From an uncultured virus (IMG/VR IMGVR_UViG_3300007542_004333) (lineage: Duplodnaviria > Heunggongvirae > Uroviricota > Caudoviricetes): DNA of 60,359 bases. The position numbers were made by a program, and so were the translations under genes. The stretch lies in IMG/VR virus record IMGVR_UViG_3300007542_004333; one strand, 5' to 3'. Of this stretch, positions 37,952 through 47,631 are shown one piece after another (positions within the stretch are counted from its first letter, which is position 1; every line of letters begins with the position of its first letter). The notes below the pieces were generated by a model. It saw only the letters and a list, made by a program, of their open reading frames with translations, made no database searches and was not told the origin of the DNA.

Positions 37952-40900
37952 ATGGATAGAACTGAATCAAAGATTAAATTTGTTGGGCTTCACGCTCATA
38001 GTGTAGCCGGGTCTATCTTTGACGCGCTCGGATTTCCAGCCGATCACATGGATTTTGCGTACCAGAACGGTTGCGATGCACTTGCTTTGACTGATCATGG
38101 CAACATGAACGGCTTGGCGTATCAGGTTCTTCATGCAAAGAAGATGGTCAAAGAAGGAAAAGACTTTAAGCCAATCTTTGGTTGTGAAGCTTATTTTATT
38201 CCTTCAGTCGATGAGTGGCATGAAGAATATGCCAAAGCGATGGAAGACAAGAAGAAGGCACGTTCGCTGGAAAAATCTGAGCAGTCTGGTGCTACCGTAG
38301 AAGACGAAGGAGATTCAAAGAAAACTCAGGATATTCTTCGTCGCCGCCGTCATCTTGTTCTTCTGGCTCAGAACCAAGAAGGTCTAAACAACCTATTTAA
38401 GCTTATCTCCGAATCTTATGAGGAGCGAAACTATTATCGGTATCCTCGCATTGATTTTGACATGCTTCAGAAGTATAACAAGGGTATTATCGCTGCCTCT
38501 GCTTGCCTTGGCGGCGTTTACGCTGGTTGCTATTGGGAGAACCGCGATCAAGGTCCAGAGGCGATTCTTAATGCGATGCGCTCTGTTACCCAGCGTATGG
38601 TTTCTATTTTTGGAGATCGTTGGTATGGTGAACTACAGTGGAATAACGTTCCAGAACAGCATGAGCTAAACCAATACATTATTCAGATCGCAGAAGAGTT
38701 CGGCATTGGTCTTATCTCAACTGCTGATAGCCATTATCCAAACCCTGATGCTTGGAAGGACCGTGAGCTATACAAGCGGCTTGGCTGGCTTGGCAAGGGT
38801 GCCCCAGCATGGGGTAACACAGAGCTTCCTGAGAATGTAGAGGAGATTGGATACGAGCTATATCCAAAGAACGGTGATCAGATGTGGAATGCTTATAAGA
38901 AGTATTCTCAACAATGCGAGCAAGATTACAACGATGATCTTATTCTTAACTCGATTGAAGAAACTTATCGTATTGCTCATGAGCGTATCGAAGTTTTCAT
39001 GCCCGACAATACGGTTAAGCTACCTTCGTTTGTTGTTCCTGACGGGCTAACTGCGGAGCAGGCTCTTCGTAAGCTTACGTTTGAAGGTCTGCGGGCACGC
39101 AATCTACATACAAACAAAGAATATACCGATCAAGCAGAGTATGAACTATCTGTTATTGCAGATCGTGGGTTTGACGAGTATTTCCTTACGATGGATGCAA
39201 TTACTGAAATTGCTGAGAACATGATGCTTACTGGTCCTGCCCGTGGCTCTGCTGCCGGCTCTCTTGTTGCTTATGCGCTTGGTATCACTCAGATTGATCC
39301 TCTCAAGTATGGTCTGCTGTTTTCTCGCTTTTTGCGCTCCGATGCAACTGACTATCCAGATATTGATTATGATGTATCTGACAGCATGGCTCTTAAAGAG
39401 AGGCTGGTTGAGCTTTGGGGCGATTCTGTCGTTGCTCCAATCTCTAACTGGAATACGCTACAGCTAAAGTCTCTAATCAAAGACATTTCTAAGCTTTATG
39501 ACATTCCTTTCACTGAAGTTAATGTTGTTACGTCTATTATGATTCGCGAAGCTACGCCTCTCGCGAAGAAGCGTCATGGCATTAAAGCAGGCGTCTATAC
39601 TCCTACTTTCGAAGAGGTCATGGAGTTCTCGGATTCACTTCAGAAATATCTAAATAAATACCCCCATGTAAAGACTCACGTTGAATCTTTGGTTGGTCAG
39701 GTGCGCTCTTGTTCTCGTCATGCTGGCGGTGTTGTGATTGCAGAAGACCTTGACCGCAACATGCCTCTAATCAACTCTGGCGGTGTCCGTCAGACTCCGT
39801 GGTCTGAAGGTCAGAACGTTCGACATCTTGAGCCTATGGGATTCATTAAGTTTGATTTGCTTGGATTGGCTACTCTCAAGATGATTGAAGGCTGCATTGA
39901 GCATATTCTTCGCCGCCACAACGGCATTGCAAACCCGACCTTCACGGACATTAAGAGCTATTATGATCAAGTTTTGCATCCTGACGTTCTAAATCTAAAC
40001 GATCAAGATGTTTACAAAAACATTTTCCATAAGGGTCGTTGGGCTGGTATTTTCCAAATGACCGAAACTGGCGCGCAGGATCTATGTCAGCGTATCAAGC
40101 CACGTAGTATTATTGATATCTCAGCTAGCACTTCTATTTATCGTCCTGGTCCTCTATCTGCGAACGTTGACGAGGATTACATTGAAGCAAAAGCTCATCC
40201 ACATCGAATTAAGTATCTAAATGAAGATCATCGCGCTATTACTGAAGAGACTTATGGTTTTCTAATTTTTCAGGAGCAGATTGCTCTACTTGCCCACAAG
40301 CTTGGTGGGCTAACTCTTGATGAAGGTAATCTTCTTCGCAAAGTGCTAACCAAGAAAGGTACTGGCAAGGGGGGTATCACCGACCAGCTACGAACAAAGT
40401 TTATTAACGGCTGTGTTTCTAACAATATTTCTGCTGACGCTGCGTCGAATCTTTGGGATAAGTTTGAGTATTTCTCTGGCTATGGATTCAACAAATCTCA
40501 TGCTGTTGCTTATTCTGTGATCTCTTATCAGTGCGCTTGGCTTTGGCACTATTATCCTGCTGAGTGGATGGCTGCGTTCTTGGATAAAGAGCCTGAGACT
40601 CGTAAGGAAAAAGCAATCAACATTGCAAAGCGCTACGGGTTTAAGATCGCCCAGACTGATATTAATACTTCTGGAAACGTTTGGGAGATCTCGGAAGACG
40701 GTAAGACTCTTATTCAGCCCCTTACTGCGATCAAGGGTCTTGGGGCTTCTGCTCTTGAGCAGATTATGAATAATCGTCCATTTACGGACGCCCATGATTT
40801 GCTCTTCAGAAAAGACGTTGTGTATTCAAAACTAAACAAAAAAGCTCTTGATGCTCTTTGTCGGGCTGGCGCTTTGGACGCTCTTGTTGATGAACAGTTC

Positions 40901-41374
40901 ACTGGACGAAAGCACTTCTGGTCAGCTTGTATTGTAGATCGCCCAAAGAACCCAAAGCGTCTGCGAGATAACATCGAGTCTTACGCACCAGAAGGTGATT
41001 TTACTCAAGATGAAATCATTCAGTTTAAAACGGATCTAACTGGAGTTTTTCCGTTGAATCTTGTTATTGACAATGATACAATTGAACAGCTTAGCCAGCG
41101 TGGTATTCCTGCAATCTCCGAGTTTGATGATGAACTAGCTCTTTGTTGGTTTATTCCTCGCAACGTTACAGAGCGCAAAACAAAGAACGGAAAGACTTAT
41201 TGGATTCTTGATGTTATTGATTCAAATAACGAACAGACTGCAATTCGGTGTTGGGGTATTGATCCCAAACGAGATCAAATCATGCTAAACAAAGCATACG
41301 TTGCTCGCTTGAGCTATGACCCCAAGTGGGGATTCTCGACACGAGCGCTTGGTAGAACTTTTAGAATGCTGTAA
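37952..41374 (+). CDS. dnaE: DNA polymerase III alpha subunit (family C)
   Basis: PHP LHAHS/ALTDHG, RGSAAGSLV, PDIDYD, HAGGVV, KFDLLGL and YGFNKSHA. Confidence 0.96.
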   Translation: MDRTESKIKFVGLHAHSVAGSIFDALGFPADHMDFAYQNGCDALALTDHGNMNGLAYQVLHAKKMVKEGKDFKPIFGCEAYFIPSVDEWHEEYAKAMEDKKKARSLEKSEQSGATVEDEGDSKKTQDILRRRRHLVLLAQNQEGLNNLFKLISESYEERNYYRYPRIDFDMLQKYNKGIIAASACLGGVYAGCYWENRDQGPEAILNAMRSVTQRMVSIFGDRWYGELQWNNVPEQHELNQYIIQIAEEFGIGLISTADSHYPNPDAWKDRELYKRLGWLGKGAPAWGNTELPENVEEIGYELYPKNGDQMWNAYKKYSQQCEQDYNDDLILNSIEETYRIAHERIEVFMPDNTVKLPSFVVPDGLTAEQALRKLTFEGLRARNLHTNKEYTDQAEYELSVIADRGFDEYFLTMDAITEIAENMMLTGPARGSAAGSLVAYALGITQIDPLKYGLLFSRFLRSDATDYPDIDYDVSDSMALKERLVELWGDSVVAPISNWNTLQLKSLIKDISKLYDIPFTEVNVVTSIMIREATPLAKKRHGIKAGVYTPTFEEVMEFSDSLQKYLNKYPHVKTHVESLVGQVRSCSRHAGGVVIAEDLDRNMPLINSGGVRQTPWSEGQNVRHLEPMGFIKFDLLGLATLKMIEGCIEHILRRHNGIANPTFTDIKSYYDQVLHPDVLNLNDQDVYKNIFHKGRWAGIFQMTETGAQDLCQRIKPRSIIDISASTSIYRPGPLSANVDEDYIEAKAHPHRIKYLNEDHRAITEETYGFLIFQEQIALLAHKLGGLTLDEGNLLRKVLTKKGTGKGGITDQLRTKFINGCVSNNISADAASNLWDKFEYFSGYGFNKSHAVAYSVISYQCAWLWHYYPAEWMAAFLDKEPETRKEKAINIAKRYGFKIAQTDINTSGNVWEISEDGKTLIQPLTAIKGLGASALEQIMNNRPFTDAHDLLFRKDVVYSKLNKKALDALCRAGALDALVDEQFTGRKHFWSACIVDRPKNPKRLRDNIESYAPEGDFTQDEIIQFKTDLTGVFPLNLVIDNDTIEQLSQRGIPAISEFDDELALCWFIPRNVTERKTKNGKTYWILDVIDSNNEQTAIRCWGIDPKRDQIMLNKAYVARLSYDPKWGFSTRALGRTFRML

Positions 41375-41388
41375 AATAAGGAGTTTAA

Positions 41389-42369
41389 ATGATTACAGAT
41401 ATTGTTGTAGGTCTTCAGCATGGAGATGAGGGCAAAGGTAAAGTAGCGCATCATCTACTTAAAAGTGGAGAATATACTCATTGTATTCGCTTTAATGGTG
41501 GTCAGAATGCGGGACATACGATTTACCATAAAAATAAAAAATTTGTCACCCATATTATTCCTCAAGGAGTTTTTTTTGGTGTTCGGTCGATTATTGGTCC
41601 TGGGTGCGTATTCAATGTTGAAAAGTTGTTAAAAGAGATTTATGAGCTAACAGAAGCTGGAATCGATCTTGGAAGAAACCTAAAGATCGCTCACAACGCT
41701 CACATTATTCTAGAGCACCATATTCTTGAGGACTCCAAAGATGTCGATGTTGGTACAACTAAAACTGGCAACGGTCCAGCGTATCGAGATAAGTATTATA
41801 GGCAAGGTATAAGAGCAGAGCAAATTCCATTTCTTCAGCCTTTTCTAATTGACATCTACGAAGAACTTTACAATAAAGATTCTGTGATTTTGATGGAGGG
41901 CGCTCAGGGTTGGATGTTGGATCCAGATTGGGGAGATTATCCTTATGTCACTTCTTCTCATACTGGTGTCGCTTCTGCTTTGCTAAACGGAGTAGAGCCT
42001 CGCTCTATCCGAGATGTTTGGGGTGTAGGCAAGATCTACGAGACTTATGTTGGCAAAAAAGATTTTCAGCCCCCTGGTGATGTGTTTAATAAAATTCAAA
42101 AGGCTGGAAGTGAGTTTGGTGCGACCACAGGGCGTGTTCGTCAGTGTAACTGGCTTGACTTTAACAATCTACGTCAGGCAATCCATATGAACTCCGTTAA
42201 CAAGCTTGTACTAAACAAAGTAGATATTTTACGTGAAGTTGGAGAATGGCAAATTAAAAACCCTGATGTTACTTTTAACAGTGAAGAAGAAATGCGCTCT
42301 TTTATCAGCGAAAATCTATCCAAAGATGTAGAGAACATTTTCTTTTCAGAATCACCAAAAACCATTTGA
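41389..42369 (+). CDS. purA: Adenylosuccinate synthetase (short form)
   Basis: GDEGKGK, GGQNAGHT, EGAQG, YPYVTSS and GATTGRVR. Confidence 0.92.
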   Translation: MITDIVVGLQHGDEGKGKVAHHLLKSGEYTHCIRFNGGQNAGHTIYHKNKKFVTHIIPQGVFFGVRSIIGPGCVFNVEKLLKEIYELTEAGIDLGRNLKIAHNAHIILEHHILEDSKDVDVGTTKTGNGPAYRDKYYRQGIRAEQIPFLQPFLIDIYEELYNKDSVILMEGAQGWMLDPDWGDYPYVTSSHTGVASALLNGVEPRSIRDVWGVGKIYETYVGKKDFQPPGDVFNKIQKAGSEFGATTGRVRQCNWLDFNNLRQAIHMNSVNKLVLNKVDILREVGEWQIKNPDVTFNSEEEMRSFISENLSKDVENIFFSESPKTI

Positions 42370-42417
42370 CAGATCGACTGCATCTTGTTAAATTATAATA
42401 GCCAAAAGGAGGAAATC

Positions 42418-42678
42418 ATGGCTAACAGCGAAGAGAAGAAGCGTCTTGTGCAGGAGTACATTCGATCCCTGCGTGCTATTGAAGAAGCTATGGAGCCGTA
42501 TAAGGAGCAGAAGCGAGAGCTTCGTGCAGAGTACCGAGAGCAGGGCTGGCTTGACACCGATGAGATTCGGTCTGCTGTAAAAGCTTACCGTCTATTCAAA
42601 GGCAAGTTCGACATTGATGCTGTTTATAACAACTTTCAGCTGCTGTTCGGACATCTTGACAATGAGGATGATGAATGA
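42418..42678 (+). CDS. Small dsDNA-binding protein (T4 DsbA/GapR-like)
   Basis: Helical EYIRSLRAIEE...KRELRAEYREQG pattern; AGGAGG RBS; own promoter. Confidence 0.55.
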   Translation: MANSEEKKRLVQEYIRSLRAIEEAMEPYKEQKRELRAEYREQGWLDTDEIRSAVKAYRLFKGKFDIDAVYNNFQLLFGHLDNEDDE

Positions 42679-43133
42679 TTATCGAGTTTTATCGCACCAG
42701 ACCAGATGCGATTAGTCCAGTTCGGGCTAATCCATCGGATGCTGGTCTAGATATTTTTTACTGTCCCGATCCTTATACATCTGGCGTCACTCTACAGCCT
42801 GGAGAATCTGGAGTTTTTGCAACAGGTCTAAAGTTTGGCGTGCCTCATGGTTATATGCTTGAGGTTAAGAATCGTTCTGGAAACGCTGCCAAGCGCTCGC
42901 TTTTGGTTGGCGCGTGCGTAGTTGATTCAGGTTATGATGGAGAAGTGTTTGTTAACTTACACAACGTTGGTAACTCTCCTCAGTATATTCACGCTGGAAT
43001 GAAAATTGCACAGGTTGTATTGATTCCTGTTGTGACTTTTAGACCAGTGGAACAAAGTGAAGATGTGCTTTATAAACATCCAATGTCAATTTCTAAACGA
43101 GGCGATGGAGCCTTTGGGAGTACAGGTGGATAA
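42675..43133 (+). CDS. dut: dUTPase
   Basis: DAGLD, RSG, VVDSGYDGE, KIAQ and RGDGAFGSTG. Confidence 0.95.
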   Translation: MIIEFYRTRPDAISPVRANPSDAGLDIFYCPDPYTSGVTLQPGESGVFATGLKFGVPHGYMLEVKNRSGNAAKRSLLVGACVVDSGYDGEVFVNLHNVGNSPQYIHAGMKIAQVVLIPVVTFRPVEQSEDVLYKHPMSISKRGDGAFGSTGG

Positions 43134-43605
43134 AAATACAACAGATGTGATGTTTAGCTCAAAATCTAATGATTGGGCTACTCCACAGCACTTTTTTGAT
43201 TACTTGGAAGATAAGTTTGGTCCATTCACTCTCGATCCTTGTTCAAACGAATCAAACTATAAAGTGCGAAATCACTATACAGAAAAAGATGATGGCTTAA
43301 ACAAAGATTGGAGCGGTAATAAAGTTTTTATGAACCCTCCATATGGCAGGGCGATTAAAGATTGGATTAAGAAAGCTTATGAAGAAGGGCAGAAAAATGA
43401 TACAACAGTTGTTGCTCTTATCCCAGCAAGAACCGACACACGATACTGGCATGACTATGTAATGAAATCTGATGCTATTTATTTTATCCGTGGTCGGCTT
43501 AAATTTGGAAATGGCGAGAACTCTGCTCCTTTTCCTTCTGCTGTTGTTGTTTTTCGCAGTACAAATCATAACTTTCCAAAGATTGGTGTCATGGAAGCAC
43601 GATGA
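43126..43605 (+). CDS. Phage N6-adenine DNA methyltransferase
   Basis: WATPQ, LDPC, NPPYG, LIPARTDT and RGRLKF; GTG start at 43126. Confidence 0.9.
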   Translation: MDKNTTDVMFSSKSNDWATPQHFFDYLEDKFGPFTLDPCSNESNYKVRNHYTEKDDGLNKDWSGNKVFMNPPYGRAIKDWIKKAYEEGQKNDTTVVALIPARTDTRYWHDYVMKSDAIYFIRGRLKFGNGENSAPFPSAVVVFRSTNHNFPKIGVMEAR

Positions 43606-43856
43606 ACAGAAAACAACGCAGAGAAGCAGAAAAGCTCCGCAAAAAGAATGACCCAAATCAGATCATGGCAGATCAAATTCATCTTTTTGGAAAACTACCA
43701 GATCATTGTTTATCTTGCCAAAAAACATTTGACAAGAGCAATAAAGAAATGGTAATGTCATGGAGTGTTGTGGTGAAAAGCGATAATGTTTCGCTTTTCT
43801 GCCCTGACTGCATTAACAAAACAAAAGAGGTTTTAAATGGTAGAGCGATTGAGTAA
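43602..43856 (+). CDS. Small Zn-finger protein
   Basis: MNRKQRR start; CLSC...CPDC. Confidence 0.65.
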   Translation: MNRKQRREAEKLRKKNDPNQIMADQIHLFGKLPDHCLSCQKTFDKSNKEMVMSWSVVVKSDNVSLFCPDCINKTKEVLNGRAIE

Positions 43857-44193
43857 GAGTGCTTTACAGAAAATGATGAGTGGCAAAGTAAAAGAGCCTG
43901 CAACGATTGTTGTTAAGTTCTATAGCAATAGCTGTCATTATTGTCATGCGCTAAAGCAAGATTATGAATATGTATCAGAAGAATTTCCTGATGTTCTTTT
44001 CTTTGCGTTTAATATTGAAGATTACCAAGACGCATCCAAAATTCTAAATTTTGAAGGTGTGCCCACAATCTGTAAGATGGAAGTTGGAGGTACACGTCCA
44101 AGAATCAAAGTGATTCCAGAGCCCGAAAATCCACACAAAACAACTTGGTATACCAGAGATGATATTAGAATCTTTATTGGAGGTGAGCAATGA
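43837..44193 (+). CDS. Thioredoxin-like protein
   Basis: VVKFYSNSCHYC...GVPT. Confidence 0.82.
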   Translation: MVERLSKSALQKMMSGKVKEPATIVVKFYSNSCHYCHALKQDYEYVSEEFPDVLFFAFNIEDYQDASKILNFEGVPTICKMEVGGTRPRIKVIPEPENPHKTTWYTRDDIRIFIGGEQ

Positions 44194-45230
44194 GAGAAGC
44201 ACTGGCATTTGACGACGTGCTACTGGTTCCTGGCAGATCTGATATTGATTCAAGATCAGAAGTTGATATTTCATCAGATCTTGATCTTGGCGTAAGTTTA
44301 AACGTGCCTATTTTCTCTGCACCTATGGATACAATTACCGAAGGTGCGATGGGTGCCGCATTGTCAGATTTTGGCGGCTGTGGCATTATTCACCGTTATA
44401 ATTCTATCGAAGAGCAAGTAAGACAAGTAAATATTGCTTGCCAACTTTCCAAAGTGCATAGCTCTTATATTAAAAGAAATATTGGAGTTGCCGTAGGAGT
44501 ATCTGGAGATTTTCTAGAGCGCTCAAAAGAAAGCGTTCGCGCTGGTGCCAATCTTATTTGTATTGATGTAGCTCATGGTCACCATACAAAAGTTAGAACA
44601 GCGCTTCGACAAATTAGGTTGCACGTTGGGGACTCAGTTCACATTATGGCTGGAAACGTTGCCACGTTAGAGGCATTTGATGATTTGTCTGATTGGGGAG
44701 CAGATTCTATTCGAGTTGGAATCGGCGGGGGCTCAATTTGTTCCACTAGAATTCAAACTGGTCATGGTGTCCCAACTTTTCAATCTATTTTAGACTGCTC
44801 GCATTCACAGCGCCCAGCAAAACTAATTGCTGACGGTGGCATTAAAACAAGCGGAGATATTGTAAAAGCTTTAGCTGCTGGTGCTGATGCTGTTATGTGC
44901 GGCTCTCTTCTATCTGGAACAAGAGAAACCCCAGGTCGCACTATCCACGACACAGACGGTCGTTGGAAAGAATATAGAGGTATGGCTTCCAAAGAAGCTC
45001 AACGCGACTGGAAAGGAAGCTACAACTCATTAGAAGGTATTTCTACTCGTGTTCCTTTCCGTGGCGCGGTAATAGACATTCTAGAAGATCTACGTAGAGG
45101 AATCACTAGTGGCTTTAGCTATTCTGGTGCTAGAGACTTGGCACAGCTTCAATCGCGTGCTAAATTTATTCGTCAGACAAGCGCTGGAGCTTCTGAAAGT
45201 AGAACCCACATTCTTAATAGGAGGTGGTAA
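44190..45230 (+). CDS. guaB: IMP dehydrogenase/GMP reductase (no CBS domains)
   Basis: FDDVLLVP, SAPMDT, IDVAHGH, GIGGGSICSTR, ADGGI and YRGMAS. Confidence 0.9.
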   Translation: MREALAFDDVLLVPGRSDIDSRSEVDISSDLDLGVSLNVPIFSAPMDTITEGAMGAALSDFGGCGIIHRYNSIEEQVRQVNIACQLSKVHSSYIKRNIGVAVGVSGDFLERSKESVRAGANLICIDVAHGHHTKVRTALRQIRLHVGDSVHIMAGNVATLEAFDDLSDWGADSIRVGIGGGSICSTRIQTGHGVPTFQSILDCSHSQRPAKLIADGGIKTSGDIVKALAAGADAVMCGSLLSGTRETPGRTIHDTDGRWKEYRGMASKEAQRDWKGSYNSLEGISTRVPFRGAVIDILEDLRRGITSGFSYSGARDLAQLQSRAKFIRQTSAGASESRTHILNRRW

Positions 45231-45231
45231 A

Positions 45232-45558
45232 ATGTCGTCAGAGATAGATTATGGTAAACTTACGCGAAGAATCGTATTTACAGAAAATGATCATAGACAT
45301 GCTCAGTTGGTTTTAAAACTAAAGAACATGAAGATTAGACAATCTGATTTTTTTAGACACATTATTACAGGTCTGATAGAAGATGAAGAGCGCATACTGA
45401 GCTATGTAGAAGAGATATCAAAAGTTGCAAAAACAAGAAAAGCAGACAAAGCAAAACTACGGCAAAAAGGACAACAAAAACTATCAGACTTTGCATTATC
45501 AGAAGAAGATATTGATGATATCTTTGACATGCTAGAAGGGGAGTACCCTGACTTATGA
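45232..45558 (+). CDS. Hypothetical protein (possible DNA-binding)
   Basis: GGAGG RBS; ATG at 45232. Confidence 0.6.
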   Translation: MSSEIDYGKLTRRIVFTENDHRHAQLVLKLKNMKIRQSDFFRHIITGLIEDEERILSYVEEISKVAKTRKADKAKLRQKGQQKLSDFALSEEDIDDIFDMLEGEYPDL

Positions 45559-45794
45559 GAAAATCACATCTTCCATCGTGTGCAAAGCTTTGTTTGGATA
45601 ATGGCTCTTCTTGTGAATTAAACGGGTGTCGTTATTGGATTAATTATAAAAAAGAGCAAAATTGTTCTTTAGTGTCTATTTATCTTAACGGAAGTATGAC
45701 TTTACGCGAAGTTGCAGAAAGATTAGGTATTTCATTCGCAAGAGTTAAGCAAATAGAGTCTCAAGCAATAGATAAAATAAAAAAGTTTATTTAA
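45555..45794 (+). CDS. Stand-alone sigma70 region-4 HTH protein with Cys-rich N-terminus
   Basis: MTLREVAERLGISFARVKQIESQAIDKI. Confidence 0.8.
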   Translation: MRKSHLPSCAKLCLDNGSSCELNGCRYWINYKKEQNCSLVSIYLNGSMTLREVAERLGISFARVKQIESQAIDKIKKFI

Positions 45795-45856
45795 AAAAAC
45801 ATTTATGAAATTTGAGGACTATTTAATGTTGAGTTCATGTTTTAAGGAGAAATATA

Positions 45857-46519
45857 ATGGCTCGTAAAAAATTACTAACAGAATCTGAAATTCGTAGATT
45901 TATGAAGCTTGCCAATGTTGCGCCAGTTGGCAACAAAAGACTAAGCGAAATGTATGATGCCCCAGGCACGCGTGATGAGGAAGAAAAAGAGCCTGCTATG
46001 CGCGACATGATGGAGCAGGAAGAAGAAGAGATGGATATGGAAATGGATATGGAAGAGCCAATGGGCGATGAACTTCCAGCCGAAATGCCAGAAGAGCCAA
46101 TGGGCGATGAAGAAATGGACATGGATATGGACATGGATATGGGTATGGGCGCTGAAGGCGACATGATTTCCATTAGCGATTTCATGTCAGCACTTGAAGA
46201 TGCTTTAGAGAGCGTTACTGGACAAGATGTCAGTTCAGAAATTGGTATGGACGACGAGATGGGGGCACCGCCAGAAGGGGGTGATGTTGAAGATCTATCA
46301 GCGGAGATGCCTCCAATGGACGATGAAGAAATGGGTGATGAGGAAGACATGCTAGCTGAGAGAATTGCAAGACGTGTTCGCGCCCGTCTAAGAGCAGAAA
46401 GAAAAGCTGCCGATGCTCTTAAAGAAAGCAAAATGAGAAAAGTCAAAGCAAAAATGAAAAGAGAAAGAATGGCAAATGATTTAACCGAGAGAATTTTTAC
46501 AAGACTCACCACCAAATAA
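45857..46519 (+). CDS. Acidic Met/Glu/Asp-rich scaffold-like protein
   Basis: Strong RBS, late motif at 45818, low-complexity core. Confidence 0.65.
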   Translation: MARKKLLTESEIRRFMKLANVAPVGNKRLSEMYDAPGTRDEEEKEPAMRDMMEQEEEEMDMEMDMEEPMGDELPAEMPEEPMGDEEMDMDMDMDMGMGAEGDMISISDFMSALEDALESVTGQDVSSEIGMDDEMGAPPEGGDVEDLSAEMPPMDDEEMGDEEDMLAERIARRVRARLRAERKAADALKESKMRKVKAKMKRERMANDLTERIFTRLTTK

Positions 46520-46549
46520 CTTGACATAGTAATTTAAAGCCGTTATATT

Positions 46550-46585
46550 ATAACCACCAGAAGAGATTCTGGTGGTTATTTTTTT
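46550..46585 (+). terminator. Rho-independent terminator overlapping a sigma70-like promoter
   Basis: ATAACCACCAGAA-GAGA-TTCTGGTGGTTAT followed by a T-run. Confidence 0.85.
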
Positions 46586-46592
46586 GAGGTGA

Positions 46593-47009
46593 TTGCTCTT
46601 GGAACATCCCTGGTTATTTTACTTTTTGTTTTTTATATTTGGCTACTATACTTGCAAAGTGTTTTATTTTCTTGTTGCAGTACAAAAAAGTATTCAAATT
46701 TTAAAGCTGACACAAGCAGTAGGACTACTTATTATTATAAAAGCATTAGAAAGTATGCATTATGCTCATAATTATCGGATCTTTTTGCTTGGTCCAACCG
46801 CAAGTGAACAAAACAAAGATGCTTATAATGCTCACTTTGAAGCCGAAATTAAAAGCTTTACTTCAAAGTACATTCGTGAGATAATTGATTTACATGGAGG
46901 ATTCTTTTCTCATCTTGTTGAGTTCAAGAATTGGGAAGAAGCCATGATTTACCTTGAAGATAAAAAAGATAACGTCATTGAATTCATGACTAAGGAGAAC
47001 AATGATTAA
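46593..47009 (+). CDS. Membrane-anchored hypothetical protein
   Basis: N-terminal hydrophobic helix. Confidence 0.6.
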   Translation: MLLEHPWLFYFLFFIFGYYTCKVFYFLVAVQKSIQILKLTQAVGLLIIIKALESMHYAHNYRIFLLGPTASEQNKDAYNAHFEAEIKSFTSKYIREIIDLHGGFFSHLVEFKNWEEAMIYLEDKKDNVIEFMTKENND

Positions 47010-47619
47010 CAAAGTTAAAAGCAAAATCAAAAACTTGCTATCAATAAACGAAAACGATCAAAGAATCGTGTTGTTCAACCCTGGAGAAAAAGAGCCTGAC
47101 TTAAGAGTAGTGGGACTTTTTTCAGATGTAGTTGACGAGAAAGTATCAGAGATTGTAACAGGTCTTATTTACATGAATGAAGTTAACAAGGCATCAAAAG
47201 AAAAAAGAGATATTGATTTTTATATTTCAACATACGGTGGTAACGCTGACGATATGTTTGCTCTTTATGACATTATGAAAGTAATCGAGCAAGATACTGA
47301 TATCAGCACTATCGGCATGGGCAAGGTTATGTCTGCTGGAGTTCTTATCTTAGCTGGCGGCACAAAAGGCAAGCGAAAGATTGGTCGCAACTGTAGAGTT
47401 ATGTTACATTCTGTTATTGCTGGCAATCATGGATCTTTACATTCTCTTGTAAATGAAATGGAAGCTATTCAAGACCTTCAAGAACTTTATATTGATCGGC
47501 TTGTTGAAGATACAAAAATGACCAAAAAACAACTAAAAAGACTGCTAGAACAAAAAGTTAACATCTATTTATCAGCAGAGCAAGCAGTTGAATATGGGAT
47601 TGCTGATATAATCGTGTAA
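47002..47619 (+). CDS. clpP: ClpP-family protease subunit
   Basis: FYISTYGG, MSAG, RVMLH and YLSAEQAVEYGIAD. Confidence 0.9.
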   Translation: MINKVKSKIKNLLSINENDQRIVLFNPGEKEPDLRVVGLFSDVVDEKVSEIVTGLIYMNEVNKASKEKRDIDFYISTYGGNADDMFALYDIMKVIEQDTDISTIGMGKVMSAGVLILAGGTKGKRKIGRNCRVMLHSVIAGNHGSLHSLVNEMEAIQDLQELYIDRLVEDTKMTKKQLKRLLEQKVNIYLSAEQAVEYGIADIIV

Positions 47620-47631
47620 GGAACTTTGTAA

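Noticed and set aside
41389..42369. PurZ / Z-genome (2-aminoadenine) pathway
   Set aside because: The enzyme keeps the PurA Asp in GDEGKG (PurZ has Ser there), no dATPase or MazZ is evident, and adenine methylases are present
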